From positions 30,256,001-30,320,000 of the forward strand of contig CM120642.1 of assembly GCA_051362555.1 (NCBI GenBank): 64,000 nt of DNA, written 5' to 3'. This DNA is from Lingula anatina (Eukaryota > Animalia > Brachiopoda). This document shows, in pieces, positions 9,336 to 22,698 of this stretch. The notes under the pieces are model-generated. The model had not been told where the DNA came from. It worked only from the letters and a program-made list of their open reading frames with translations, and made no database searches. Numbering within the stretch: the first letter of the stretch is position 1; each line of letters starts with the position of its first letter. The translations under genes and the position numbers were made by a program.

Positions 9336-12300
9336 CTGAAAAACATCAAAGCATTGGAAATGATTGTAACCATATTTCCTGTCCTCGAAAGGTTACATTT
9401 GCAACAAAAATTCATACTTATTCTCTTTTATATTATAATATCTGTATGAAAAAAAATTGCATCAACACATGCCAAAACATCTTACCTTAGCTCTGGCCTC
9501 TCTTGATGCCTCTGCTTCAGCCGCCATGGCTCTCTGTAACTGAACAGGCAGGCGGACATCTTTGCTGTAATCAATATGAAAAATCATTGTTGTCATTATC
9601 AAAAACAATATATACTGACAGGCAAAATGTCCAACTATCATAAAATCTATGTGACCAGTTCATTTCATTTCATTTTACTTAATGTTTACCAGTTCAAAGA
9701 TACTGGCCCCTGTATAATTGGGATGGTACAATCTGATTATTCCTTAGTTTGCACAATACAAACACCAAAATTATATACCACAGATAAAATTAGTCTTAAA
9801 AGAGAGTTTAAAAAAAACCTGTTCCTGTGAAATGAAAAAGTGAATGCAGTGATAGTGCCCTGTTAATAACTATACATCTAAGTTCGTGAAATTCCCCAGA
9901 GAAACAACAACCCTCTACAGCTCTGTAACATTACTATCACACATCCTAACTTCATAACGCAACATGCAAAACAAAGTTTTCAATTTGAAAAGGTCACTGT
10001 TAATATATATATTGGAAAGTGATATTTTCTCAAATTGTCATGACTCATAGGGGGAAGGGGGAGGGGGGGCAATGCAAGAGAGTAACAAAGGGTATATTGA
10101 TTCAGGTTATATCATCCTTTTGCCAGGGGGAGTAACACAGAAGTAATGATGTTGCAATGTAAAGTGATTATCCCCCCTCCCCCATCGGTTACATCCCTAT
10201 ACGTCCCCGCACCGGTACGTCCCCGCACCGATACTCCCCCGCAGTATCAATGCGGGAAAGCTATGATGTGGGGGAGTAACGGTGTGGGGGAGTAACGATG
10301 CCCCAACATCGGCAACTTTACTGGGGATGTATCGATGCAGGGATCTATCAGTGTGGGGGTCGTATTGATGCGCATAATACTCAAAAATTTACTAAGGGGG
10401 TTTATTGGCATGTGGGAGTATCGGTACGGGGGAGTAACAGTGCAGGGGGGTATTGGTGCGAGGGAGTAACGGTGCGGGGGAGTATCAACATGCCCCCCCC
10501 CCCCCCCCCCCATCAAAGATATTGCACAGCTATAAATATTGTTCTATATACTGATGAGTTTCAGTGAACAGTGATTAGCTCATACAATGCAGGTTAAACA
10601 AGCAAATGGGCAATGAATATATGGATCTACCAGTTAGTAAAACATGCCATCATGACCTAAAGAAATCCCGCCCATTCTCTTAAACCTTTCTACCAGAGGC
10701 CAGCAGCTAAGTTTCTTGCTGTACACTGTCCAGGAATGTGCACAGAATCAGCCAGAAAAATATCTGTGGATGTCTGCTAAAATTTTTTGTGTCCCTGGTA
10801 GAGGGAATCCTAAACCCAAGTTTTGACAGAATTACTTATAAAACGTTTGCAACTGTGTCTTCTTAAAAAGGATTACTTTAACTCACTTGAAATTCTGACT
10901 GATTTTGGAATTTATCTGAATCTATCTGACTTTCTGACTTTGTAACAAATATTTTATCAGTCTTAGCTTTACTGTACTTAATGTCCCTGAACTGGTATAG
11001 TTGAATTTATATTCATTTTGAAGAATTATATTTTTGTTTGTGACCCCAATCAATAATGTGTTTCATGAAAATACAATATAACAATGAACAATGCACAGTA
11101 ATGATTTTGTAAATCAAGAGGTAAACGAATTTAATAACATTTTCTTGATAATAATTTCCAAACTTTTTCTCCAGTCTAAAATTACCAACTTTAATTACAA
11201 AATATAAACAGGAACAATTTTCATTTTCATTAACATTATGGTGACCTTCTTTTTATTTAATTTTTCTTTTAAATGAAGAAAAAATCAACATGACAATTAA
11301 GCCACAGTCCCCCTTACATTTCAACACGCTCCACTTTCACGCCCCATGGATCTGTAGCTTCATCCAACGTAGTCTAAAATATATAAGGTTATACTCTACA
11401 TTAAGCAAAGAGGAGAGTTAACTGTGCTCAAACTACATGCCCACTGCGTCATGGCGTAAAAAACGTGCTGTTCTTATTCCTACTGGTGCAGACCTAGTCT
11501 CAGGTCATGATGAAGAAATGAAAACCACATGTAGCTTGAAGGCAAAGCAAAAAAACAAACAAAAAAATCCAGCAATTCTTAACCCTCTCCCTCTCTTATC
11601 AGCAGTATATGAAGGAATGCCATACTACCTGGCCCATAGGTTTCATGCAGTGTGAGAGAGAAAGGGTTAATTTAGCTTACATTTCTACTCTCTCGACCTT
11701 TACGCCCCACGGATCGGTGGCTTCGTCAAGGGTAAGCTGGAAATAAAAACAGGAAAATGACCATGATAAATATGAAATAACAAGATCTATTGTCATATGC
11801 AAAATAATGCCTTTATCTAAACTTGAATATAATGATGTATCTAAATAACATAAAACAAAACAAAAAAATGATCATTCAAACCTGCCAAAAAGGGTCTTAG
11901 TTTTAGTTTCAAGATCATGAGGGAAAAGTAGGTAAGATGGAAATAGAATACCCACAGACTGCTTTCTTAACAGATAATCTTTGACATTTCAATCACCTGA
12001 GTGAAACGTAAAAAATCATCAAATTGTCTTTTTTTAATCATACAAGAAGGATGCCCTTCAAAACCAAAATGCAATTGGACACATGATGACGTAAAGTCTT
12101 CAGCCCTGCAGCTAAAACTGCAGCAATCTCATGTCTAGACATTTCACCTGTGTTTCCCATCTCACGGAATCTTACATTATCAGCTGGAATGATCATGTTT
12201 ACACAGCACTTGCAACACCAACTTTCACACCTGTGGTCTGCCAATAAAATATTTTGTCGACAAGTTCTATCTATCTGTGTGCTTGCCAGTCTGTCCGACT

Positions 12301-15300
12301 GTCTTTTTTTTTAACAAATCTAGTTCACCCATATAAATCAGTCTCTTTTCTCTCACACAACATATTATCCCACTAGTCAACATCAATTTCCACTGTCAGT
12401 ATTTTCCTCTAAGTGCACAAATACCATTGCTAAATTTCTGAAATAACAACCAATGAACTTCAAAGCGTTTGAAAAATACCTTCAGAAGAGATAACCCAAA
12501 GAACATCTGCTGGGAAAACAAATATCTGAGAAATTCACAAATTATACTTTATACTACATGCCATGATTGATGAAAAAGAAAAAACAGCAGGTTCACACTG
12601 GCCTAAAATATTACCATGTAGCAGTCCTGACATATTCTTTATGATATCATCAACTGAGTGAAATGGTCAGATGGTCACAAGCCCAGCAGCAGGTCAACTG
12701 AGTAATTAGAAAGCAGCAGTGTAATAGCTGACTACAAGGTATAACATAAAACCAGTTTTGAAGCATTCCACTTGACATCATGATCATTGTAATGAGGAGG
12801 GAGCTAGGCACCAATCTAGCAGTAGGACAAATGAGTGAATGGACATAGATGACCACTTAATGTCAGAATTCTTAAAAACCTGATGTAGTTTTGCAAGTGT
12901 GAATTAAGGGATAAGCCTGCTGACAATAAGAAAATAATCTCAGGAACAAGTGATAGTATCCATCCTTAGGCAGTTTTCTATTTCTTGACCAATAGAAATG
13001 AATGCCATGCTCCAAACACATGCAAGAGAAGTATTAAGGTTAAAGGCACAATAAAAAACCAAAAAAAAGAAGAAAAAATGCAGCTGCTATGGAAAATGTC
13101 ATGAAGCTTCATCAGCACGAGAAGTAGCATATACCCAAAAGGTATTCAATATTTTTTTTTTTTACACCTGCAAGATCAACATTCTGATCCAATCAGCGCT
13201 CACTTTCACCTAAAAATAAAAGGTAGATAAGAAGAAAGTGGGAACTGACTTTGGAGGTAAATGATAAGAGCCAGTTCACTAATGTACAAAGTAAAGATAA
13301 AAGAAGTCAAAACTTTTTTTAAACATCAAGATCAAAGTGAAAAGAAAGGATGGCTAAAATCAAGACAAGACTGCCACAAGATCGTTTGCACTTGCAGTCT
13401 TTACTCCACCTCTGTGAACTAGAAGCCAGAGTTTGGTTTCCACAGAAATAAGTATCCTGGTGCTGTAATGGTCTAAGGAAATACTACAGGAAATTAGAAA
13501 AACATTTAATGAACAAAAATATCCTTTCACTCAGTCAATTTTCAGATCTATATCTGTCTCTTAGTGCTTGTGCACTGTGCTATGGCGTGTGAGTAAATGC
13601 TGAAATATTTATATCTTCTAACAAGCATAAACTGAAATAAACTTCAATAAACAAAGTTCTGCAATTAATTTTGTATAACATGCTCTGTTAGCTAAAGACA
13701 AGAAGTTGTTAAAAATATAAATATATATAAACAGGTAAATGTCACACCATGAAAACAATCTAAAGGTAGTAAACAACCAAGTGAAAACAATAACTTAACC
13801 ACTTTTTGTAAGGGTTGCAATTTCTTAACTCATTCTTCAGATTTTAAAAAACTTTAAATTACTCCAAAGTATTTCCTTAAACTGATGGCCAAGGTTAAAG
13901 GTCAAGAGCACAATGACAATGTCACTGGCAAGGCAGACATATACAGTACCTGCATTGTGTGGCTGATATGTTCTCTGTCTGTCAACAGCTCGCTGAGGTT
14001 CTTGGTTCCCAGAACGTTACGCAACGAAGTCGATGCCAGGAGACGTGTTGAACGAGCAGCGTCTTCGACGTTGGTGATGGAAATGGTGGCATTCTGGACT
14101 CTGTAGTAAACCACGGCATCCACGGCCACTGTCACTGAGTCCTTCGTCAAAATCTAAACAATCATGGAAAATGAGTGTCAGAAGAGTACATAGCTCCGAT
14201 TATCAATAGGTCTAGCTCCTGACAAAGCAGAACCCGTTATAATTGCTTCACAAAGGCTTTCATGGAACATGTTCTTCAAATGCCCAATTTCAGCAATACT
14301 TTCACCATTTTCAAATTATTTAAATAATTTTTTTGCTTAGCATATATGTTAAATAATGGAAAATTTACAAAAAAAGTTACAAAATCAATTATGGTACAGA
14401 AGTAAACTATTGATGAAAAACTTGAGCAAGAGAAAACAAGATGTTGATAAATGTCAGAGGACAGAAAAGATGTGGGAAAGGAGACTTGCCTCTTGTGGAG
14501 GTACATCAAAGGACACAGTTCTCAGGTCAACCTTCTTGTAAGAATCAATACATGGGATGATGAAGAACAAACCTGAAGATGAACAACATTATATATAACT
14601 TGTAGATAGCGTCACAAAGCCATGGTAACATAGCACTTATTTGAAATGTCACTGGCTTCATTTGAATCCCTGTGCATTTGGATCATATCATACTAACAAA
14701 CCCTGCCATCTGTTCTACACCAACATCAGGATCATGATGAGAACATTAAACACCTATGATTCCTAAAACAGAATGGAGTAATAAAAATAAATCAATCGCA
14801 AAAATATAACAAACTGAATGTTTTTAGCAAAAAGATAACTTTGTTCCACTTGAATGTGTTGATGATGATTTACAATTCTAAAGAGTGGAAAAAAGAACAC
14901 CACATCAGCATTTCCCATGGAAGTTGATCTATACATTACTCAACTGAACAGTAAGTGATAATTCACTTCAGTGTTCATCTTGAAGCAATGCTCAGTTTGA
15001 TAGTGTCACTGGGGAGGGGGAGTCCATTTTAAGGCATCAAGTGCTATGTACAAACAGCTTTAATACCTAATAACAAGTTTCATTTGGGGATCTAACCATA
15101 AATTCTTAGCACACATTCAATCTCCCAGCTTGCAAGTATACAATAACCATAGCATCCCTGTTCTAAAGAGATGAAGTTGTACTCAAAATATCATACTAAT
15201 CTACTTAAGCTACATACTGAGTTGTCATGGTAATACCTACATATCACCATGGCAACCAAGCAGGTTTCCAATATCACTGCTATATCATTACTTACAGAGT

Positions 15301-15588
15301 TGTTTCCAGGTACATAGATATGAAATTACAATGTAATTTTTCCATGATAACATATATATGCTATACCTAAATAATGGATATTTTTTTCTTCAGCATTAGC
15401 AAAAGCCATTTTTCCCCACTTCAACTAAGAGGATCCCTAAACAGCCCTGTGGAATATAATCAATAAAATGCAATCATGTCAAATTGGATCTAGTCCCTGG
15501 AGAAAGTTGGTATATCATTAACCAGAGGTCTTTACCAGGGTTATTATTTATTGTAAAAAAAATATATATTTTTTTTTTGGGGGGGGGG

Positions 15589-15627
<39 letters not shown>

Positions 15628-18600
15628 CCTTTTTCTCTTTCTGCATGCATTATATTTTCAGCTGCAAAATGAATTTTGTTATAACAACATCAGTGAACAG
15701 CAACTGACACTCAGATGAGTCATTTGCACCTATAAACATTCAGTTTAATGCACTTTTGTTCTTGATCATCATACTAGTATATTAGTGAAATGTAAGGTGG
15801 AGAAGCTTTTATAATATATTGTTGATAAAAAAACTATGTAGCAGTGTTATCTCCAAGAACAATGTTCTGTGTTTGGTAAAAGGTTTACTTTACTTGGGAC
15901 TCTAAGCAGAAAAGGTGTTTTTTTTTTTCATAGATGAATCTCAGACTGAATGTTATAATATTTCCAATCAATACTGCAATAAAATCTTGCCACGAGAAAC
16001 CAAGTTATGGAAAACTGCATGTAATGTTTATTTAAGAGAAAGTATTTTTCCAGTGTCATTCTTATAGTTCAACAATTGCTGCCAGTCCTAAAAAAAATTA
16101 TAATTTGCTTTGTGATGCATTATTTTTTAATAAAATACATACCAACCCAACTCAAGTCTGTTTAAAACATAATTGCTTTGGGCTCTGGCAATCTGATTCC
16201 CTAACCTGCAATTTGTTTCAAAACAGCAGGGAAAGTTTGCAATTTGCTTTAGGAGTCAAAGCATTACCTGTGATTATACCAATTTCACATCTTTTTTCTG
16301 TGAGAGTATATTGGAAACAACTTCCCTTCAACATTCATCCCAGACCCTTCTACTGTAATTACTCGAACTACCAAACACCTCAGAAATGAAGTTTATTGTC
16401 TTGTGACTTATCCCTGGAGTTCCTTTTCAACATAAACCGTATTCCCTTTTCAGAACCCAATTTCAACTAAGTCTCTAATCACTAGGTAGTAATAATGTGT
16501 CAAAATTGAGGAAATACATTCATTCCATCAATGATGTATACATTTATTTACATATTTCCATGCCAAGTTATAATTTCACATAGCTCCATGTTGCTAGGTT
16601 ACTCCAGGGAACTCATAAGCAGTGTCTGAGGAAAAATCTCATCCTTCCTATTGCCAAGTGATTTTCAAAATAATTAATAACAGAAAAGATAGCCTGACAG
16701 GACCATCCAAAGTAATCACTTCTGTTTACACAGCTAATCAAGCACATCTGAAGAAACAAATTACTTTCCACCATGTTGGCCCACAATATCATATATTCTG
16801 TTTAACTTTCTCAGCAGGCCTAAAAACTTTCATCTTCATCATGTTACACAAAGAGAATACAGTATCAGTGTGTGTGTGTGTGCGTGTGTGTGTGTGTGCG
16901 CATGGATGTATGTGTATATGAGTGTTTATCATCTTTCCAGCACAAAAATGATTTTACTTTAACCAACTCGTCTGTATGCTAGCAAAGATGTTTATCTTTA
17001 TTAGAAAATCCACACTGAGGGATGCCATGCCCCCATGATGTCACTTGATAATTTAATTTCAAAACCCAAAATATACCGACAATACCCAGGGATGGGATAA
17101 AAATTCCTTCACCCCCCCCCCCTCCTCCTTCACCCAAAGTTTTTGTTAATTTTCTGTTTTTATAATTTCAGGCAAAACCTATCTAAGCTCTCTTTCACAC
17201 ATAAAAAGGAGAAAAAAATCAACCCAAATGAGCTAGGACATTTCCCTTATCATCAAACAACAAAACCACAATGTCATATCTCCTTTAGTGGTAAATTTAG
17301 CAAGATGAGTGAAACCTTTCATTTTTTTTTTTACCAGACTGAACACAATAATCTAATAAAGTAATTTCCTGTCACTGTTTAGAAATGGTTCAAGTCCAAT
17401 AGGAACATCCTATCTACTCCATCCATCACTAAATAATAAAATGATTGAGTACAAAAAAAAAACATTATATCAAGTAATTCCTGGGATAAATGGATTTGAA
17501 GAGAAATGTATGGGATGAAATACATAGTTTTGACTTTCTAAATGATTGCAGCGATTGAATACCTTATTCAAAAAGTTCAAATCCAATTCAGCCATCACTC
17601 TAAATAATGAAATGACTGAGTAGGAAAGAGAATGTTATATCCTGCTATTCAAAAGGATTAACTGTTTTGATGACAGATATATGAATTGAAATATGTAATT
17701 TTCTTTTTAAAAACGAGTACAATAAGCGAATACCTTATTCTATTAAGCTAAAATGCCTCAATGTAAATTGGAATTTCCCTCATTTACCTGGTCCCTTAGC
17801 TCCTCCGGGTAACAGACGCCCAAGTCTGAAAATGACAGCTCGTTCATATTCTTGAACCACCTGCAAAAAATGACATTACACACGTATTTCACCTAATTCA
17901 ATAGTAAGTAATTCATCTCTGACATTTGAAAGAATGACTCTTTAAATGATCTATCTGCAGTTAAATAATGCTATTTGATAAAACTGGGAGTGAATGCAAA
18001 ATTTAATATTTATGGGGCATGCGCACGTGAATGCATACACACGCACACAACACAGAACCTTCTATCTCTGGGAGGTTTTTGACAAATACACTTCAATTCC
18101 ATTCCACTATCCAAAGATAATGGTGCACATGCCATTTCCGATGGGTATGTTTGCATGGCTATTTCCAATGACACATACATGACCACAAACAACTAGCTGA
18201 AATGGATACTGTGCAGGCACGTCACTGGAAAGAGGCATGCACATTAGACAAACAGAAATGGGCTGACCGTGCATGCGCATCATTATCTGAAGAAAGGTGA
18301 ATAAAATATGAATCCGTTCTTTCTCACACAGTGATTAAGAAATAGCATCGAAGTTTTCAGTATGTATTCCAAATCAACATACATGTGCAAATTCTTCCAT
18401 CATACTATTCGTATACAAAATTTTTAAAATCATCATCCTACTTTCACACACATGCACACCATGCACGCACACACACACACATACAAACACCTACCTTAAT
18501 GCACATGCACAAAGAAAACGGCAAGGTACAGCCAATGAGAAGGTAGGAGATCCCCATTAGAATGTAACCACAGCAACCAATGCTCCCTCCATCATCAGGA

Positions 18601-19002
18601 CCTGGAAAACAGACAAAACATGTGTCAGGCTAGAAAGAAGTTTGTAGAACTTTCAAAATCATTTTGGGTTGTTGAGTTGAGATGCTTCTCAGCGAATTTG
18701 AAAAAAATTTGAAATACCTGCAATCCCTCAAAAGTTTGCAATTGGTTCTAGGACAGACTACCTTTACTTTTATGGTTTCCACGATGTTATCTAGTTGCAA
18801 ACAGCACTGTACAAAACAATATGTCCAGAATTTATGTGTCTGGTTACATAATGCAATTTACAGAGATATGTATGAGGAGAGAGAGGTACACGATGTATAA
18901 TATAATATAATATAATATAATATATGTATAATTTTATTTCATATTTTTTATCTATTTCACTTATTCTTTAATTGGTTTATTTTATAATTTCATTTATGCA
19001 TC

Positions 19003-19052
<50 letters not shown>

Positions 19053-19688
19053 ACTAGCACCAAGCAACCCTGATACATAAAAGCTTGAAGCAGGGACTCC
19101 AAAGTAGCTGAATATTTCATCAACAGTTTAATGTAAATTATAACAATCCATTTGAAATCAAATTACTATTTCAGAACTTCCACTTCAAAGGGAAGTATAT
19201 TAAACCCTTTGGTTATTTAATTACCTAAATAATAATTCCACACAATTATCAAAGAGCCACATCTACATGGTAACAAACATGCCTACAAACTTTTTCCAAA
19301 TATTTTCCCTCTTAACATTTCTTTTGAAGAAATGTACACATGCACAACAGACTTGAAACTTTTTTTTTTACCCACCATCTACTTTCTTGTCCATTACACA
19401 ACATAAATTCTCCTCATAGACACATTCTATTTAAGTAACAGATCATCCTTATTAACCTAGCTATCCTCATCTTTCATTGAAATAAAGAAATGATTTTTAT
19501 AATGTCAAGCAAATCACCATTTAATGCAAAATGGTATCTAGCTGTTTCATGGACAATATCCCTGGGGTATAAATACATGTAGTTTAAAACAGATATATCT
19601 TACTAAAATTATGCGCAGTCCTTTTATAAGCTGGCTCTTTTCCATTCACGACTGTCTCCAACGCAATATCTGTGCTCTCTGCTGCCAT
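9126..19688 (-). CDS. stomatin / MEC-2-like SPFH (band 7) protein, paralog 1, ~298 aa (proximal-promoter isoform)
   Basis: complement(join(9126..9335,9486..9564,[11318..11373 or 11681..11736],13950..14153,14490..14572,17788..17860,18495..18601,19604..19688)). Motifs: GCCG plus hydrophobic hairpin (LPFS), [85 protein letters not shown]. Confidence 0.95.
9486..9564 (-). CDS. stomatin paralog 1 exon 7
   Basis: [26 protein letters not shown]; flanked by tacag| and |gtaag. Confidence 0.95.
10186..10493. repeat. GC-rich element built of ~15-16-bp units in opposing orientations (probable non-autonomous DNA transposon)
   Basis: left arm acgtccccgcaccg x2-3; right arm repeated cggtgcgggggagtaa variants. 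Confidence 0.5.
10685..10805. mobile_element. small MITE (same family as 1668-1785)
   Basis: cctttctaccagagg ... ccctggtagaggg; internal similarity to the other two copies. Confidence 0.5.
11318..11373 (-). CDS. stomatin paralog 1 mutually exclusive exon 6B
   Basis: ttttag|ACT ACG TTG GAT...GAA AT|gtaagg; [18 protein letters not shown](I); 56 nt. Confidence 0.92.
11681..11736 (-). CDS. stomatin paralog 1 mutually exclusive exon 6A
   Basis: tttccag|CTT ACC CTT GAC...GAA AT|gtaagc; [18 protein letters not shown](I); 56 nt. Confidence 0.92.
13950..14153 (-). CDS. stomatin paralog 1 exon 5
   Basis: [68 protein letters not shown]; 204 nt. Confidence 0.95.
14490..14572 (-). CDS. stomatin paralog 1 exon 4 (GC donor)
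   Basis: [28 protein letters not shown]|gcaagt; 83 nt, as in paralog 2. Confidence 0.93.
17420..17760. repeat. degenerate ~170-bp tandem duplication
   Basis: ccatcact(c)taaataat.aaatga.tgagta ... gaataccttattc occurs twice. Confidence 0.55.
17788..17860 (-). CDS. stomatin paralog 1 exon 3
   Basis: [24 protein letters not shown]; 73 nt. Confidence 0.95.
18495..18601 (-). CDS. stomatin paralog 1 exon 2 (membrane hairpin)
   Basis: [35 protein letters not shown]; 107 nt. Confidence 0.93.
19604..19688 (-). CDS. stomatin paralog 1 proximal first coding exon
   Basis: [28 protein letters not shown] + A|gtaaga; phase 1 fits exon 2; TATAAA on - near 20140. Confidence 0.7.
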
Positions 19689-20645
19689 TACTGTAATTTA
19701 CTAGATGAACTAAAATATTTAATATATCTTCAAAGGTCCTTGGAACTTGAATAAACCCTATGAAGTCGACTAAATTCAATCTGCCACAGAAATGACAGCT
19801 GCAGGAATCCTCCGTGCCTCTCTCTGTCTATATCACCAGTACAGTGATGGCCGATTATTCACCGATTATTTGATTCCAGGAAATTTGTAATATTGTTCCA
19901 AGTAGCATATAGCTCCCAGGCAACTTCCACACAAGATCTGCTGCAATGTCTTCTTGGATTGTGTAGTCTAGTGTGAAGAATTTCCGCAAGAATCTGGTCT
20001 CAAGCTCCCAAATATCTCTGGCAGATAAAAACAAGGAATCCAGCAACAATCACGCCAACAAAAAGCCTCACAAATGCTGTCAGCTTGTCAGTTAACATAA
20101 GAACTCTCCAATTTGTGCGACCTTCAGTAAGACTCGATATTTATACAAATGAGCTCCTGGGAAGAAACATTAATGCTGAAATATGCACATGCACTGACTG
20201 AGGCTGCAATAGCACTTGCCAGTACTAGCAATCAATCCTTCAGTTCTTGGAGTTCAGAAGTTCCCACATTGCCCTGTATAACATCTGTAACCTACAGGTA
20301 GCTTACTGCACAGACAAACCTCCTGTTGGGCTGGGATTAACAATGTTTTTGCAACATTAACAGTAACATATCTTACAGCATCAGGCAAGATTTCGCACAG
20401 TAGAGACTAAATGCAAAGCTTCTGACAGGGCCTAACAGGTAACCCTTTTTCTCTCCTTTTCAATCAAGGCAAATCATTAACACCCATCCCGACAGTGAAC
20501 AGGATAAGGTTCACACAGTGAGCCGTAGATTGAGAGGGTTTCTAAAACCTGGACATTATTATCATTTAACTCTCATACCTGTGCTGCATACGGTAACTAC
20601 TCTAATATTTCCAACACTTCACATTCATTCCATTTCTTATTCTTT

Positions 20646-20892
20646 GGGCGCATTCCCAATGAAACTATCGTGCTATATAGATCGATCTAACTTGTGGGGA
20701 CTCTCACTGAATGTTATTAGATTAATACACCCCCTTCTGTCGTTAAGTAGAATACAGAAAAGCTGGTGATCATACGAGTATGTTGGAAACAAGAGGAGGC
20801 GTGCAAATCTACTAATCTGATTGCATTCAGCGAGAGTCCCCACGACGTTGGATCGATCTATGTGGGCCAATAGTTTCACTGGGAATGAGCCC
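20646..20892. mobile_element. PIF/Harbinger (Tourist-like) foldback MITE
   Basis: gggcgcattcccaatgaaactat ... atagtttcactgggaatgagccc; long imperfect inverted arms; related copies elsewhere in the window. Confidence 0.7.
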
Positions 20893-20955
20893 TTATTTAA
20901 GTTACAAAAACTTACTAGAATCTGACAAGAACCTAAGAGACTTCTCAGAAGTTTT

Positions 20956-20957
<2 letters not shown>

Positions 20958-21013
<56 letters not shown>
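20958..21013. repeat. (TA)n microsatellite
   Basis: seen directly; another at ~49727-49791; (CA)n at ~21274-21318 and 57075-57115; (TAT)n at ~19005-19048. Confidence 0.9.
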
Positions 21014-21021
<8 letters not shown>

Positions 21022-21272
21022 TTTACTTATTTATATACCCTTGCACTTCTTTTAAAAATATTGCTGTAGGAAACATTTTTCCAGTTCACTGAGAATGATA
21101 CTCATGATTTGATATGATGATAATATTCATGTGCAATTTTCTCTGTGGATCAATGGAAAGCACAATGCTAAGACTGTATCGAATAAAACCAGTATATGCT
21201 ATCGACATATGAACATTCAACTGGTCATTATGTAGCTGCTTTACACACACATTTGCACACATACACATACAG

Positions 21273-21321
<49 letters not shown>

Positions 21322-22323
21322 CATACACAAACAAACACATGTGCATACATATACACATAGACATGGACATACACACACATATGCATACAGACACAGGCAC
21401 ACAATTACATGTTTGGTCTTAAAAAGCTGGGCTAAAATGCTAAAATGATTGAATTCAGACAATTTACTACAGGTGGAGATAATAAGCACATTTAATTGGC
21501 CACAAAATTAATTCAAGACAAATATTGTCATCCTTCCACTTCTACTTCCCTCAGTTCACTTACTTCCAACATCTCTGCTGTATTTTACCCTGCTTCCCCT
21601 ATTATCTGCCATATTTACTTTAACGATTTCTGCTAAAATATTCCTAAAAAAACTCCACGTGTAGGTTTCTCTTTAAACAGGTGCCAATATGAAGTCACTT
21701 TTGCTTTGTTTATCTTTTAAGTGTATGACCAAAGTGGAATTTTAAACACACGTGACAATGGACTCAGATATCACATGACCCAAATCTACCGGGATAAGAG
21801 ATATTTACACAGGAGTTAAATCAACAACCACAAGGTATGCTGATCAGAAGCCATGTGACTGTGAGTTTATCAGTTAATCCGTACCTATACACCCTATGCC
21901 CACATTGCTCAATCAAAATTCAGTTTCACCAAATATTTGTCAATAGTCATGTTCTGTTTTGCAATACAGATTTCGAAATGAGGTAGGTAAGACCAGTACA
22001 TGATGCTTCCCATGTGCTACAACAGGTCTTGTTTTACCAAAGGTTATATTTGGGGTAGGGAGGATGGGGTGAAACACTTTTCAATTATCACCCCCCCCCC
22101 CTCCTTTATCATATATATTCAATAAAAATTGTATATATAACCGAGAAACGAGAGATGATAGAAAAAAATTAAATAAAGAACAACTGAATAATTTTCAATT
22201 CTAAAATAACATGCCAAACAACGGTGGAAAATGCACAATTTGACAAAATAACAGTTCTAGCTCATTGCTGTACACAGTTTGTCTTTTTTGTACTTCCTGA
22301 CCCTTATATACCCATACAATCTC

Positions 22324-22393
<70 letters not shown>

Positions 22394-22698
22394 TTGACTA
22401 TGGGACTTACTTCCACTTTACTACGTAGGCTAAACTCTGTGGCTACTTTTAAAAGGGAACTCAAGACTTACTTTAAAAAAAAATTCAATAGAATTTTTAT
22501 AATCAATTTTTTTAAGCAAGTGATAAAGTAGCATTTTTTATCATTTCTTTTACTAGCCTTTTTTATTATTTATTCACCTTACATTCTACAGTCTACTGAA
22601 CAAATCTGAATTTAGACTCAAATATTATTAATAACAGTACTATTATTTATCATTAATCATTTATCAAATGGTCTGTCAAAAATGAAAGCTGTGAGAAA

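Noticed and set aside
11215-11785. Possible docker/selector pairing between sequence downstream of 6B and the 6A/6B upstream regions
   Set aside because: Only short AU-rich complementarity with several mismatches; not distinguishable from chance by eye.
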